Source: Clostridia bacterium
Lineage (GTDB): Bacteria; Bacillota; Clostridia; DUPQ01
Length of the DNA stretch: 64,000 bases
Direction of reading: 5' to 3'
Assembly: GCA_016938455.1 (NCBI GenBank)
Contig: JAFGUQ010000062.1
Span: forward strand, 2,477-66,476
How positions within the stretch are numbered: the first letter of the stretch is position 1; each line of letters starts with the position of its first letter. Both the position numbers and the translations under genes were made by a program. Below are positions 9,082 through 18,137 of this stretch, piece by piece. The notes under the pieces were generated by a model. It had not been told where the DNA came from, ran no database searches, and was given only the letters and a program-made list of their open reading frames with translations.

Positions 9082-10068
9082 TCATCTGTTCCAGTTTAAA
9101 AACAGATCATCATAGAATTTTTCAGTTTCTCTGATTCCTTTTGGCATATTGATCAGTTTACCTTCTCCACTTGTGTTATATATAATGGTACCTGTTTTCA
9201 AATCATCTAAAGAAGAATTCAAATACACCTCCTGATTGTCAAAATACTCATTATTAAATGCATATGATGCAGGAAGAAGGTCCCATAACACATAATAGTT
9301 GTTTCCTAATCCAAGTTTCTGTAAGGTCAGCCAGAATAAATTCTGGAATTTCCATGAAAGAGGAAAGTTTTTCAGGTTTTTTAAATCTTTAAAATAAAAT
9401 GGTGCATCAAGACAAGCCTGTGCTGTCATCAATGTGATTTTTGCTTCACTGTAAAGCACTTCATAACTCGCCTGATAGTCAGCTGATAAATTAAGTTCAC
9501 TGACTTCTCTGCTTCCAAGTATAAGCGGTTCTGTATAACCTCCCATGATAACGATTTCCTTGACATTCTTGAAGAAGTCATGGTCCAAATCATAAGCTGC
9601 TTTTAAGTTCCCCAATGGACCTGCTGCTATGATAGTAATCTGTCCAGGGTTTGCCGCTGCTTTTTCTGCCAGAAATTTCGCAGCTTCAGTTGTTTCTGAA
9701 TCTGCCTGCTGCTCTCCTTTATATAAAGGGGTATCTGCTCTATCTAATTTTTCAAGCATCATAACAGTATATTTATGATCATATGTTTTATTACCAAAGG
9801 TTGTGGTTATCCCCAGTAAATTCGCTTCAGGTTTATTCATTAAGTAAGCGATCACCATTCCGTCATCTACTTCCCAGAAACTACCCATGCTGTTATCACA
9901 ATCAACTATGACTAATTCTGTTTGATCAACAATACGCATATTATCAGAATAGTCAGCATTTGATGTAAATAGCATGAAGTATCCTATATAACCTGCAACC
10001 ATAACGATGATAACCGTAAGTAAGACAAGTACTGTTTTCAATAAACCCCGGATAATTTTCTTAATCAT
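9082..10068 (-). CDS. Membrane-anchored inosine-uridine nucleoside hydrolase-like protein
   Basis: N-terminal TM anchor. Asp-rich motif VIVDCDNSMGSF...VDDGM resembles the IU-nucleoside-hydrolase DxDxxxDD calcium/ribose site. Confidence 0.5.
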   Translation of the reverse strand: MIKKIIRGLLKTVLVLLTVIIVMVAGYIGYFMLFTSNADYSDNMRIVDQTELVIVDCDNSMGSFWEVDDGMVIAYLMNKPEANLLGITTTFGNKTYDHKYTVMMLEKLDRADTPLYKGEQQADSETTEAAKFLAEKAAANPGQITIIAAGPLGNLKAAYDLDHDFFKNVKEIVIMGGYTEPLILGSREVSELNLSADYQASYEVLYSEAKITLMTAQACLDAPFYFKDLKNLKNFPLSWKFQNLFWLTLQKLGLGNNYYVLWDLLPASYAFNNEYFDNQEVYLNSSLDDLKTGTIIYNTSGEGKLINMPKGIRETEKFYDDLFLNWNR

Positions 10069-10170
10069 AAATGTGCCTCCGTTTCAAAATATTTCTGTAA
10101 AATATTTTCAGTTTTAATTGTGAAACCTTATTGCATTATCAAATTGTTTCACATTACCAGTTGAGCTCTT

Positions 10171-11238
10171 TTATTTAATATATCCCAACTGACACGCTTC
10201 TTTAAGAAGACACAGATATTCCACCGTTTTTTCTTTGCTCATGACTGGAATTCCGCTTTCAGTTCTTGGGAAGAAGCGACCTCCTTTTCGTCCTGTTTCA
10301 ACTACCGCAAAAACATGTTCTCTCATTTCTTCTGAGGTCATCTGGGCAATAGCAGTTCCAATGCCGGCATTGAGGGTTATCTTATCTCCCCATTTTCTTT
10401 TAAACATCGCCAGATCATTATGATCGGATGGTCCAATTGGATTTATAATATCCACTCCACATCCTATGAAATCATCCATCAGCTCTTCCACATGGCCATG
10501 GCTGTGAAGATGGAGGTAAGCTTTTCTTTCATGACACAAATCAGAAAGTTCCTTTAACCAAGGAGCTAAATATTTCCTGAATAATTCTTTAGAAAAAAGA
10601 AGGCTTCTGGCTGACCCCAGATCACTGCAGACGAAAACAGCATCTACTCCAGCATCAAGTAATCTTCGGGCACTTTCCAGGCTATATCTTTTTGTTTCAT
10701 TGTATAAAGCCAACGCGGCTTCTTCTTCTATAACCATCCATGTCAGGATGTTTTCGAATGAGGTGATATAATAATAGATAGCCTGAAAAGCACCCATGGC
10801 GCCTCCCTCTACAAAAAATCCTGCTTCATGATATTGATTGACAATGGCTCTTGCCTTTTCAACATTGAATCGCTCTGTATATCCTTTATCAGAAAATCTG
10901 AAAGTCAATGCTTCATTAGGGTGATTAACAGGAAATCGTTCTGCTTCCCTGCAAAATGTTGGAAAGTAACTTTCTCTCCAGACAGCTCCTGTTTCATAGC
11001 TGTATTTGTGATGGCTTTCGTCTTTCGATATGGTTTGAACTTCCATATCAATATTAAGGTAAGCAGTACTGCTACCTAGAAACCTTGTAAATTCTATCAT
11101 GCTTTCTGCATTGCCTTCCACAGGCTCTTTAATCAGATTCCCGAGTACAGTCACATCCATTGGTGCTTCTCTGTAAACGGGTATTTCATTAAGTAATTCT
11201 CCATTTAAAACTGCTTTTATTTTCTCTCTCGGTGTCAT
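10171..11238 (-). CDS. Uroporphyrinogen-decarboxylase (URO-D) family protein (MtaA-like fold), function unknown
   Basis: 355 aa. The C-terminal half (LHSHGHV...DIINP...) parallels the URO-D-like protein at 59220..60245. Confidence 0.55.
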   Translation of the reverse strand: MTPREKIKAVLNGELLNEIPVYREAPMDVTVLGNLIKEPVEGNAESMIEFTRFLGSSTAYLNIDMEVQTISKDESHHKYSYETGAVWRESYFPTFCREAERFPVNHPNEALTFRFSDKGYTERFNVEKARAIVNQYHEAGFFVEGGAMGAFQAIYYYITSFENILTWMVIEEEAALALYNETKRYSLESARRLLDAGVDAVFVCSDLGSARSLLFSKELFRKYLAPWLKELSDLCHERKAYLHLHSHGHVEELMDDFIGCGVDIINPIGPSDHNDLAMFKRKWGDKITLNAGIGTAIAQMTSEEMREHVFAVVETGRKGGRFFPRTESGIPVMSKEKTVEYLCLLKEACQLGYIK

Positions 11239-11252
11239 GCTTCCTGTCCTTT

Positions 11253-12245
11253 CTATAAAAACTGTTTCACAAAAAACCTGATAATATTATCAGCATGAGC
11301 TCCCTGGTAAGCATGAGGAGCATGGGAAAGCCTGAATTGTATCTTGTCTTTTTCTTTATACAGATGATACACTTCCTCTACCATTTGTTTGACTTTTTCG
11401 AACCCTGACAATGGCCAATGAATGTCTGTCATATTATTCTGAATTAGCATTGGTTTTGGGGCAAAGCATGAAAAGAGATGCTGAAAATCTGCGTACTTTA
11501 AAATGTCAAATACAAATGGAGAAATACCTGACCATCCGCCTTGTCTTGATGCATATGAAACGACTTCCGCTTCATATGTTGTCGCTCCGCATAAAGGAGC
11601 ACAGGCATAAAAACCATTTTCCACAGCAATGGTATAAGCTGTGATAATTGAACCTTGGCAAAGTCCTGTTATTCCTATTCTTTGCTCATTAATGTCTTTT
11701 CTTCTCTTAAGATAATTAAATAATGCTATATTTGAAGATACTCTTATTCCCGCTTCATTCATACCCAGTAAGTGACAAGCAGAAGAAATATTGTCAATCG
11801 CAGTATTGTAATCTGGTCTCTCAGCCGTTTCACCGGTCCCTCCATATTCAATTACCGCAGCCGCTATTCCTTCATTAGCCAGGCTCATGGCAAACGAAAC
11901 ATAATAATCTGTATTCATCGGTGTGCCATATCCCGGGCATATAATCACAGCAGGTGCATTCATTGTTCCTTCTTTTTTATATAAGTGCACAGGAACTAAA
12001 AGATTTTCATCAAGTGTCAGTTCAATACTTTCTAAAGTCAGATCCTCTGATAACTGATTTCTTCCAATAACGGTTCCAGTTCCTTCATAAGCTGAAGGTA
12101 AAACAGGTAAAATCTCACACAGTCTTTCTCTGAGCTTTTTCTTATAGCATTCAAAATCGTTTACCGAATCAAAAGCATGTGGCAGCTCCTGACACTGTTT
12201 CATCAACCGCTGTTGTAAATAGTTATGAACGGAATATTTATTCAT
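11253..12245 (-). CDS. Alpha/beta-hydrolase (esterase/dienelactone-hydrolase-like)
   Basis: 330 aa. Motifs VIICPGYG, GITGLCQGS, consistent with the AXE1/DLH-type fold. Tightly packed between the GH78 and URO-D-like genes. Confidence 0.45.
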   Translation of the reverse strand: MNKYSVHNYLQQRLMKQCQELPHAFDSVNDFECYKKKLRERLCEILPVLPSAYEGTGTVIGRNQLSEDLTLESIELTLDENLLVPVHLYKKEGTMNAPAVIICPGYGTPMNTDYYVSFAMSLANEGIAAAVIEYGGTGETAERPDYNTAIDNISSACHLLGMNEAGIRVSSNIALFNYLKRRKDINEQRIGITGLCQGSIITAYTIAVENGFYACAPLCGATTYEAEVVSYASRQGGWSGISPFVFDILKYADFQHLFSCFAPKPMLIQNNMTDIHWPLSGFEKVKQMVEEVYHLYKEKDKIQFRLSHAPHAYQGAHADNIIRFFVKQFL

Positions 12246-12259
12246 GGTTCTTGCCTTTC

Positions 12260-14830
12260 TTAAACTTGAATTAAATGAGTTTTAAACTCGTGGGTTCCGG
12301 AACCCACCTCAATTTGCTTATGGTCAGGTAAAACTATCTTTGCCTGACTGTTAGCTGGTATGGTCACTTTTATTGAAAATTGATTCTCAACAATTTCCCA
12401 GAAGATTCTTATCTCTCCATATGGACTGTTCACAGTAAGTCTGCAGGATGTTAAACCACCTCCAGGTTTTGGTTCTATTGTGAACTTCTTATATCCTCCG
12501 TTAATATAATCAGGTTTTAATCCTGCCACAGTTTTATACAGCCAGTCACCTACTGCCCCATAGGCATAATGATTGAAACTGACCATATTACCTTCTGAAT
12601 GGACTTCTCCGTTTTCAAGCAGTGCATCCCATCTCTCCCAGATTGTGGTCGCTCCTCTGTTAACGGGATATAACCAGGATGGATTCTTTTCATTCAACAA
12701 TAAATCATAGGCTTCTTTCAGCCTGTTGTTATCACTTAAAGCAAAAGTGATATATGGTGTGCCAAGGAAACCGGTTGATAAGCATCCGTTATTTTCTTTT
12801 ATTTTATCAGCCAGCTGTTCTGCAGCTTTTTCAACAGCTTCATCTGGAAGCAATCTGAAGTATAAGGCACAGACATAGAGACTCTGAAAGTCTCCAGATA
12901 ATTTACCGTCTTCTTTAAGAAATTCATCACAGAATGCTTTCTTTATTTTTTCAAACAATTTCAAATATTTACTATGATCTTCCTTTTTACCTAATATGGC
13001 AGCAACTTCACTTAGCAGTCTGGTGCTGTTGGCAAAATATGCTGTGGCAAGGTATTTTCCTTTTTCTTTCCACTTCGGTGCTGTTTCAAAAGGTGCTAAC
13101 CAGTCTCCGTATTGAAACCCTGTAGTCCAGAGATATTTTCTGGTCTGGTTTTCAGATGTGATCTGACAGGATTCTCTTTTTTCCTTTTCCACCCATTTTT
13201 TCATGCTTTCATATTGAGTTTCAAGCTGCTGTTTATTACCATAGGCTAAGTAATTGGCATATGGTACAAGGATAGCAGCATCACCCCAGCCTGCAACTGC
13301 TGTCTTATCCATGTTGTTAATTCTGCTGTCAGGAACAGTTAATGGCATGGCACCATCCTTTCCCTGTTCCAGCCTTACATCTGTCAACCATTTCTTAAGA
13401 AATAAAGATGCATCCATATTAAATACTGCAGTACTGGCAAACACCGCCAGATCACCTGTCCATCCAAGTCGTTCATCCCGTTGCGGACAGTCGGTGGGTA
13501 TTTCAAAGAAGTTGGATTTTTCTCCCCAGAGTATGTTTTTCTGAAGCTGGTTTATCTTTTCATCGGAACAGGAAAAACTTCCTGTTATCTCCATCGTAGA
13601 ATAAACCACTATTCCGGTGATATCGATAATTTCATCAGGTCTCAGTCCTTTTATTTCTGCAAATCTGAATCCCATGTAAGTAAAATATGGTTCGTAGGTT
13701 TCTTCTTCTCCCCCATGGGAAAGATAAGTCAGTGTAGCTTTTGCAGACCGGAGATTAGCAGTATACAGCTCATTGTTTTGATCAAGAACTTCAGCATGTC
13801 TAATCACCACTTCTTTTCTCTCTAATGTTTTCATGGTTAATTTTATCCAGCCGGAAAAATTCTGCCCGAAATCCACTATGACCGAATCATCAGTCCTTTT
13901 AATCTCTCTTATTGGTTTTCTTTCTTCCTGTTTATTGACGGTTGTTCCGAAATGAGGAACCAATTTACTCTTTGATGATATTTCTACCTGTTTGACAGGT
14001 TGAAATAAAAGTTCGTCTAGATTATTTCTGTTAGAATCATAAATTTCACCATCATAAAACTCTGAAAACAATATCGGCCCATCTTCTGTGCATGTCCATG
14101 AGCGGTCTGTGATAAAACGTTCTTTGGTCTGATCGCTGAAGTTCATGCTTATTTCGGCAATCAGTGCTGTCTCATCGCCATAAAAATTGTTTTTCCCGGC
14201 AAATCGTCCACAGTACCAGCCATTAGCCAGATAAGCAATAACCGTATTACTTCCTTTTTTAAGAAGGTTGGAAATTTCATATGTCTGATATTGAATATAT
14301 TGATGATATGGACTATATCCCGGTGTGAAATAGTCTTTGCCTACACGTTCTCCATTGATATAGAAAGTATACAGTCCAAGTGCACTGGCTATGATATAGG
14401 CTTTTATTACTTCTTTATTGATGAAGATTTCTTTTCTAAAAACAGTCACTGGTTTTGAACCGTTTAACGGATTTTTGTACCCGCTTGAAATCCACTTTGC
14501 TTTCCATGGTTCAAGAAAGTGACTGGTTCTGAAAGTTTTCATAGCAGATATCGCGGTTTCATTATAGTTGTCACTGATTCTTATCAGATAAGAATATTCA
14601 TTATCAGGAAGAAGTTGTGTCCCATCATATAGAATATTGATACTTTGATTTGAGTGAACTGTTTTACTGTCCCAGACGGTTTCTCCATTTGAAAAAACCG
14701 TAATACGATAAGTTCTCTGCATTACACTATGGTGAGATGACTGCAGTTTCCAGCTGAATTGAGGTGTTTTGGTCGCTAGTGAGATGTTTTGTGTTTGTCC
14801 TTCACATCGTATGTCAACTATATCAAGCAT
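12260..14830 (-). CDS. Alpha-L-rhamnosidase (GH78), no signal peptide
   Basis: 856 aa. Conserved GH78 block PTDCPQRDERLGWTGD and overall domain length typical of bacterial rhamnosidases. Confidence 0.7.
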   Translation of the reverse strand: MLDIVDIRCEGQTQNISLATKTPQFSWKLQSSHHSVMQRTYRITVFSNGETVWDSKTVHSNQSINILYDGTQLLPDNEYSYLIRISDNYNETAISAMKTFRTSHFLEPWKAKWISSGYKNPLNGSKPVTVFRKEIFINKEVIKAYIIASALGLYTFYINGERVGKDYFTPGYSPYHQYIQYQTYEISNLLKKGSNTVIAYLANGWYCGRFAGKNNFYGDETALIAEISMNFSDQTKERFITDRSWTCTEDGPILFSEFYDGEIYDSNRNNLDELLFQPVKQVEISSKSKLVPHFGTTVNKQEERKPIREIKRTDDSVIVDFGQNFSGWIKLTMKTLERKEVVIRHAEVLDQNNELYTANLRSAKATLTYLSHGGEEETYEPYFTYMGFRFAEIKGLRPDEIIDITGIVVYSTMEITGSFSCSDEKINQLQKNILWGEKSNFFEIPTDCPQRDERLGWTGDLAVFASTAVFNMDASLFLKKWLTDVRLEQGKDGAMPLTVPDSRINNMDKTAVAGWGDAAILVPYANYLAYGNKQQLETQYESMKKWVEKEKRESCQITSENQTRKYLWTTGFQYGDWLAPFETAPKWKEKGKYLATAYFANSTRLLSEVAAILGKKEDHSKYLKLFEKIKKAFCDEFLKEDGKLSGDFQSLYVCALYFRLLPDEAVEKAAEQLADKIKENNGCLSTGFLGTPYITFALSDNNRLKEAYDLLLNEKNPSWLYPVNRGATTIWERWDALLENGEVHSEGNMVSFNHYAYGAVGDWLYKTVAGLKPDYINGGYKKFTIEPKPGGGLTSCRLTVNSPYGEIRIFWEIVENQFSIKVTIPANSQAKIVLPDHKQIEVGSGTHEFKTHLIQV

Positions 14831-14831
14831 C

Positions 14832-14942
14832 TTATTCTTCTTTCATTTTCATCAATTCAATTAATTCAAGAATCTGAGTCTGATTCTTTTCCAGCTTTTC
14901 AAGTTTATAGATCATTTCCTCATAGTTAAGCAGTTTTTTCAT
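14832..14942 (-). CDS. Small ORF (36 aa, coiled-coil-like) translationally coupled upstream of the rhamnosidase
   Basis: Below the ORF-track size cut-off; found by manual reading. MKKLLNYEEMIYKLEKLEKNQTQILELIELMKMKEE, with AAAGGA-type RBS; its stop is 2 nt from the GH78 start. Confidence 0.25.
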   Translation of the reverse strand: MKKLLNYEEMIYKLEKLEKNQTQILELIELMKMKEE

Positions 14943-15061
14943 GATAATCCTTTCAAAAAAGAACCTTCTTAACAAGAGTTTACATCAAACATACCTGATT
15001 GACAATAAAAGAGCCTATGTAATTTTATTAATAATATATAGTATCAAGCCGGTTTTACTTG

Positions 15062-16207
15062 TCACTTTTTTAAATCAATAATGGCATCTTTAAATGTGTT
15101 CTTCGGTGAGATAGTAATGTTGAGACTCTTTTCATAATCAAAGATAATTGGTTCTTCCTGTTTTGATACGATGGAAACAGCTATTCCTTTTTTTCCCATT
15201 CTACCTGTGCGGCCTGCTCTATGAAGATATATTTTTACTTTTTCAGGGATGTCCATGTTGATAATATGAGTAACTCCTTCAATATCAAGTCCTCTTGCTG
15301 CAATGTCAGTAACCGCAAGTACTTGAATCTTTCCTGACCGGAACTCATTCATGGCTGTTTTTCTATCGTTTTTCTGTTTATCTCCATGAAGACTTTTCAC
15401 TTTGATTCCATGATAAAGAAGTCTTTCTGTCAGAATATCAAGTTGTTCCCGTTCACTGACAAACAGTAATGCCTTAGAAGGCTTCATGATTCTGATGATT
15501 TTACGTAGTACTTCAATTTTTTCTCTTGATTCTGCCATAAAATACATATGTTCAATAGAATCAGGAACCGTTGCTTTTTTAGTATCTGAAATAAATTCAG
15601 GTTGTTTCATCAGTTCGATTGCTCTTTCTTTTGCCTCATTGGTGATTGTGGCTGAAAACATCATCAGCTGTCTGTCTTTTTGAGTACATTTGATGACTTC
15701 TCTGACTGTTTCAAGGTTGTTTTTATCAATTAAGGTATCTGCCTCATCAATGACGATTGTCTTAACGGTGTGAGCTGCGATTTTTTTCTTTTTAATCAGT
15801 TCAAGAATTCTGCCCGCAGAGCCTACAATAATATGTGGTTTTGCTTTCAGTTTATCAATCTGTCTGTCAATATTGACGTTACCGATGATTGGTGTAGAAG
15901 AAATCATCATTCCAGCATTCAGTGAAAGCAGTTCTATCTGTCTTAATACTTGAATGGCCAGTTCATGGGTCGGTGTCAGAATAATTGCCTGAGTTTCATG
16001 TTTTTGAATTTCTGTCTTCTGAAAAAGCGGAACCAGATAAGCAAGTGTCTTGCCTGTTCCTGTTTCAGATTGCACAACAATATCCTTGTTTTTCAAAGCT
16101 TCTGGAATCGCTTTTTTCTGTATCTCTGTCAATGCTACAATGTTCTGTTTTAGAAGTGCTTCTTTCAATGCGGGATTAATCATATTCAGATCAAAAAATT
16201 CATTCAT
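15062..16207 (-). CDS. DEAD-box ATP-dependent RNA helicase
   Basis: Motifs Q, GTGKT (motif I), VIDEAD (II), SAT (III), HRAGRTGR (VI). Start placed at the Met preceded by AAGGGAG; the longer ORF-track start is also possible. Confidence 0.85.
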   Translation of the reverse strand: MNEFFDLNMINPALKEALLKQNIVALTEIQKKAIPEALKNKDIVVQSETGTGKTLAYLVPLFQKTEIQKHETQAIILTPTHELAIQVLRQIELLSLNAGMMISSTPIIGNVNIDRQIDKLKAKPHIIVGSAGRILELIKKKKIAAHTVKTIVIDEADTLIDKNNLETVREVIKCTQKDRQLMMFSATITNEAKERAIELMKQPEFISDTKKATVPDSIEHMYFMAESREKIEVLRKIIRIMKPSKALLFVSEREQLDILTERLLYHGIKVKSLHGDKQKNDRKTAMNEFRSGKIQVLAVTDIAARGLDIEGVTHIINMDIPEKVKIYLHRAGRTGRMGKKGIAVSIVSKQEEPIIFDYEKSLNITISPKNTFKDAIIDLKK

Positions 16208-18122
16208 TGTTTTCTCCCTTTTTCTCATTTTTGTTTTTTGTGATTAAATCATTCAGTTCGTTAAGATATACCCATCTTTCCATTTTAGTTTCCAGCTGTC
16301 TTTCAAGCTCTTCCTGCTCTTTCATGTGTTTCTGCAGAAGGACAAAGTCACTGGCATCCTTTCTGATTTTAATCCCGATGTCATTAATGGCTTTTTCAAG
16401 GGCCTCAATGTCTGTATCTATCTTTTCAAATTCACGTTGTTCATTGAAAGTGAACTTTATTGTCCTGTTTTTCTTGTATTCAACTGACGAGGCTGTTTTT
16501 TCTTTATTTGGTTTGTTTTTTTCATCTTCAAGCTGCTTTTCCTGATAATAGTCAGTATAGTTTCCCTGAACCTGTTTAATTGTTGCCTGATTGTTAAAAA
16601 TGAATATCCGATTAGCAACTCTGTCTAAAAAATATCTGTCATGTGAAACAGCAATCACTGCTCCTTTAAAATCATTGAGATAGTTTTCAAGAATCGTGAG
16701 TATTTTTATATCTAAATCATTAGTCGGTTCATCAAGCAGTAATACATTCGGTGCTCCCATGAGTATTTTTAAAAGATATAGCCTTCTTCTTTCTCCTCCT
16801 GATAAATTAGATACACTTTTCCAGTGAACATCTGCAGGGAAAAGAAACATTTCAAGCATCTTCCCCGCACTCATCACTCCTTCATCTGTCGTTAAGAACT
16901 CTGCTTGTTCTCTGATATAGTCAATCACTTTGATACTGTCATCAATCACTTCATTTTCCTGAGTGAAAAATCCTGTTTTAACAGTTTCTCCTACAATGAC
17001 CTGTCCTCGATCCGGAAGCAAGTTTCCTGCAATCATTTTAAGTAAAGTGGATTTTCCGCTGCCGTTTGGTCCGATTATCCCTATTCGATCATCCCGTTTA
17101 ACCACATAACTGAAATCGTTGATCACTTTTTTTCCGTGGTAATCTTTTCCTGTGTTTTCAAGTTCAATAATCTTTTTCCCAAGTCTTGTCGTTCCTACAT
17201 TGATTTCAATATCTTCATTATTTTCAATCAGCTTTGAATTTTCAAGCTCTTCAAACCGTTCAATTCTTGCTTTCTGCTTTGTCGATCTTGCTCTTGCTCC
17301 TCTTTTAATCCATTCAAGTTCCTTTTTATATAAGCTTTGTCTTTTTCTTTCTGTTGCTACATCACTATCTTCTTTTTGCTCTTTCAATTCCAGATAAGTC
17401 TCATAATTTGCCTGATACTGATAAAGATTTCCGTTTTCTATTTCGATTATTTTCTGACAGACTCTCTGAAGAAAATATCTGTCATGTGTCACAAGCAATA
17501 AAGCTCCTTTGCGGGTATTCAGATATTTTTCTAACCAGTCTATGGTATCATTATCAAGTTGATTAGTCGGTTCATCCAGGATCAGCAGTTCAGATGGTGT
17601 GATTAAAGCACTGGCTAGTGCTATTCTTTTCTTTTGGCCTCCGGATAGTTTCCCTACTTTTGCTGAAAATTCAGTGATGCCAAGTTTCGTCAGCACAGCT
17701 TTTGATTCTCCTTCTATTGACCAGGCTTTCATGTTATCAATCTGCTGTGTCAAGCTTCCCATTTTTTTCTGAAGTTTGCCATCTTCTGAATGAAGACTAA
17801 GCTCATGCATACATGACTCATACTCTCTTAACAACTTCATCACAGGAGAGTTTCCTTTGAAAACCTGTTGAAGGACAGTATTTTCTTCATCAAAAACCGG
17901 GTTCTGTGATAAATATTCAATGGTTAAGCCTTTTTTCATAATGATATTTCCACTGTCTGCGGTTTCTATACCTGCCAGGATTTTCAGAAAAGTGGATTTT
18001 CCGGTTCCATTAATACCGATTACCCCTGTTTTTTCTGCATCATCAATTCCAACTGAGACTTCATTCAGCAGTTGTTTTTCACTATAGGCTTTTACTATCT
18101 TCTCTGCAGACAGTATATTCAA
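16200..18122 (-). CDS. ABC-F family ATPase (Uup-like; two ABC domains plus C-terminal coiled coil)
   Basis: Two Walker A/signature/Walker B sets, no TM segments, charged helical C-terminal extension. Confidence 0.8.
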   Translation of the reverse strand: MNILSAEKIVKAYSEKQLLNEVSVGIDDAEKTGVIGINGTGKSTFLKILAGIETADSGNIIMKKGLTIEYLSQNPVFDEENTVLQQVFKGNSPVMKLLREYESCMHELSLHSEDGKLQKKMGSLTQQIDNMKAWSIEGESKAVLTKLGITEFSAKVGKLSGGQKKRIALASALITPSELLILDEPTNQLDNDTIDWLEKYLNTRKGALLLVTHDRYFLQRVCQKIIEIENGNLYQYQANYETYLELKEQKEDSDVATERKRQSLYKKELEWIKRGARARSTKQKARIERFEELENSKLIENNEDIEINVGTTRLGKKIIELENTGKDYHGKKVINDFSYVVKRDDRIGIIGPNGSGKSTLLKMIAGNLLPDRGQVIVGETVKTGFFTQENEVIDDSIKVIDYIREQAEFLTTDEGVMSAGKMLEMFLFPADVHWKSVSNLSGGERRRLYLLKILMGAPNVLLLDEPTNDLDIKILTILENYLNDFKGAVIAVSHDRYFLDRVANRIFIFNNQATIKQVQGNYTDYYQEKQLEDEKNKPNKEKTASSVEYKKNRTIKFTFNEQREFEKIDTDIEALEKAINDIGIKIRKDASDFVLLQKHMKEQEELERQLETKMERWVYLNELNDLITKNKNEKKGENNE

Positions 18123-18137
18123 TCAATTCTCCTTGTA

